From: Neoconidiobolus thromboides FSU 785
Lineage: Eukaryota > Fungi > Entomophthoromycota
NCBI GenBank assembly: GCA_025603075.1
Contig: MU626301.1
Coordinates: 62,001-126,000 of the forward strand
Direction of reading: 5' to 3'
DNA length: 64,000 nucleotides
The position numbers and the translations under genes are program-made. Below the pieces are notes generated by a model that made no database searches, was not told where the DNA came from, and saw nothing but the letters and a program-made list of their open reading frames with translations. Position 1 is the stretch's first letter, and the number at the start of each line of letters is the position of its first letter. Positions 63,523 to 64,000 of this stretch are shown piece by piece.

Positions 63523-64000
63523 TTATAAAATAAACTGAAATAAAATAAGAGAAACGGTTAAATTTATTTATAAATATCGCAAAATTTTCGATAAAATCAA
63601 CGTTATGATTTGCAGGATTTTAATTACGCATAACGTCAAAAGGACCAGCTTTGAACACTTGTTATTTCTCTAGAAATTTCTAAACACTATTTTTCATATA
63701 TAAGACTTTTCATCTAAAATGTTGCAGTTTTACTGAACTTTGTAGTGATGATAATAGACTGCGATAGTAATTGCTGCTTTTTGCAAAGTTATTACTGGTT
63801 TTCAGAAAAGAAAATCCCAATTGAAAAAATGATAATTAGATTAAAAATATTAGTTCCTCGTTATAGTATTAGCATCAAACCTTTTGAGTATGGTTATTTT
63901 ATATCAATATAAATCAATTGATATTTTACAGCTTTAAAGTAGGTCAGTGAAATTAACACCCCAGAAATTTTTATCAAATTAAATAGACTAATTTTTGCTA

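Overview
AT-rich, gene-dense eukaryotic DNA with many short (about 45-55 nt) GT-AG introns. The gene set (exomer ChAPs, SMP3, PHS1, vacuolar-type PMC1, HSP78, Sec66, complex I 9.5 kDa subunit) indicates a fungus. The composition and intron style suggest an early-diverging (zygomycete-grade, e.g. Entomophthorales-like) lineage; that assignment is inference only. About 30 protein-coding genes were reconstructed by hand-splicing, most of them housekeeping. Accessory content, in order of interest: (1) an intact, stand-alone Ty3/gypsy-like Gag-protease ORF with a destroyed protease motif and no pol or LTRs, a candidate domesticated capsid gene; (2) a roughly 102-bp TIR-bounded dispersed repeat (MITE-like), present 13 times and only between genes, usually flanked by AT/ATAT and carrying an internal intron-like cassette; (3) a Uso1/p115 tether whose coiled coil is built from about 19 tandem modules of 7-10 exact heptads; (4) an intronless bacterial-looking GNAT gene plus a decayed paralog, missed by the ORF track, with many G>A/C>T changes. 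No tRNA, rRNA or CRISPR array could be supported. Multi-exon coordinates span start codon to stop codon and come from manual splicing, without tools.
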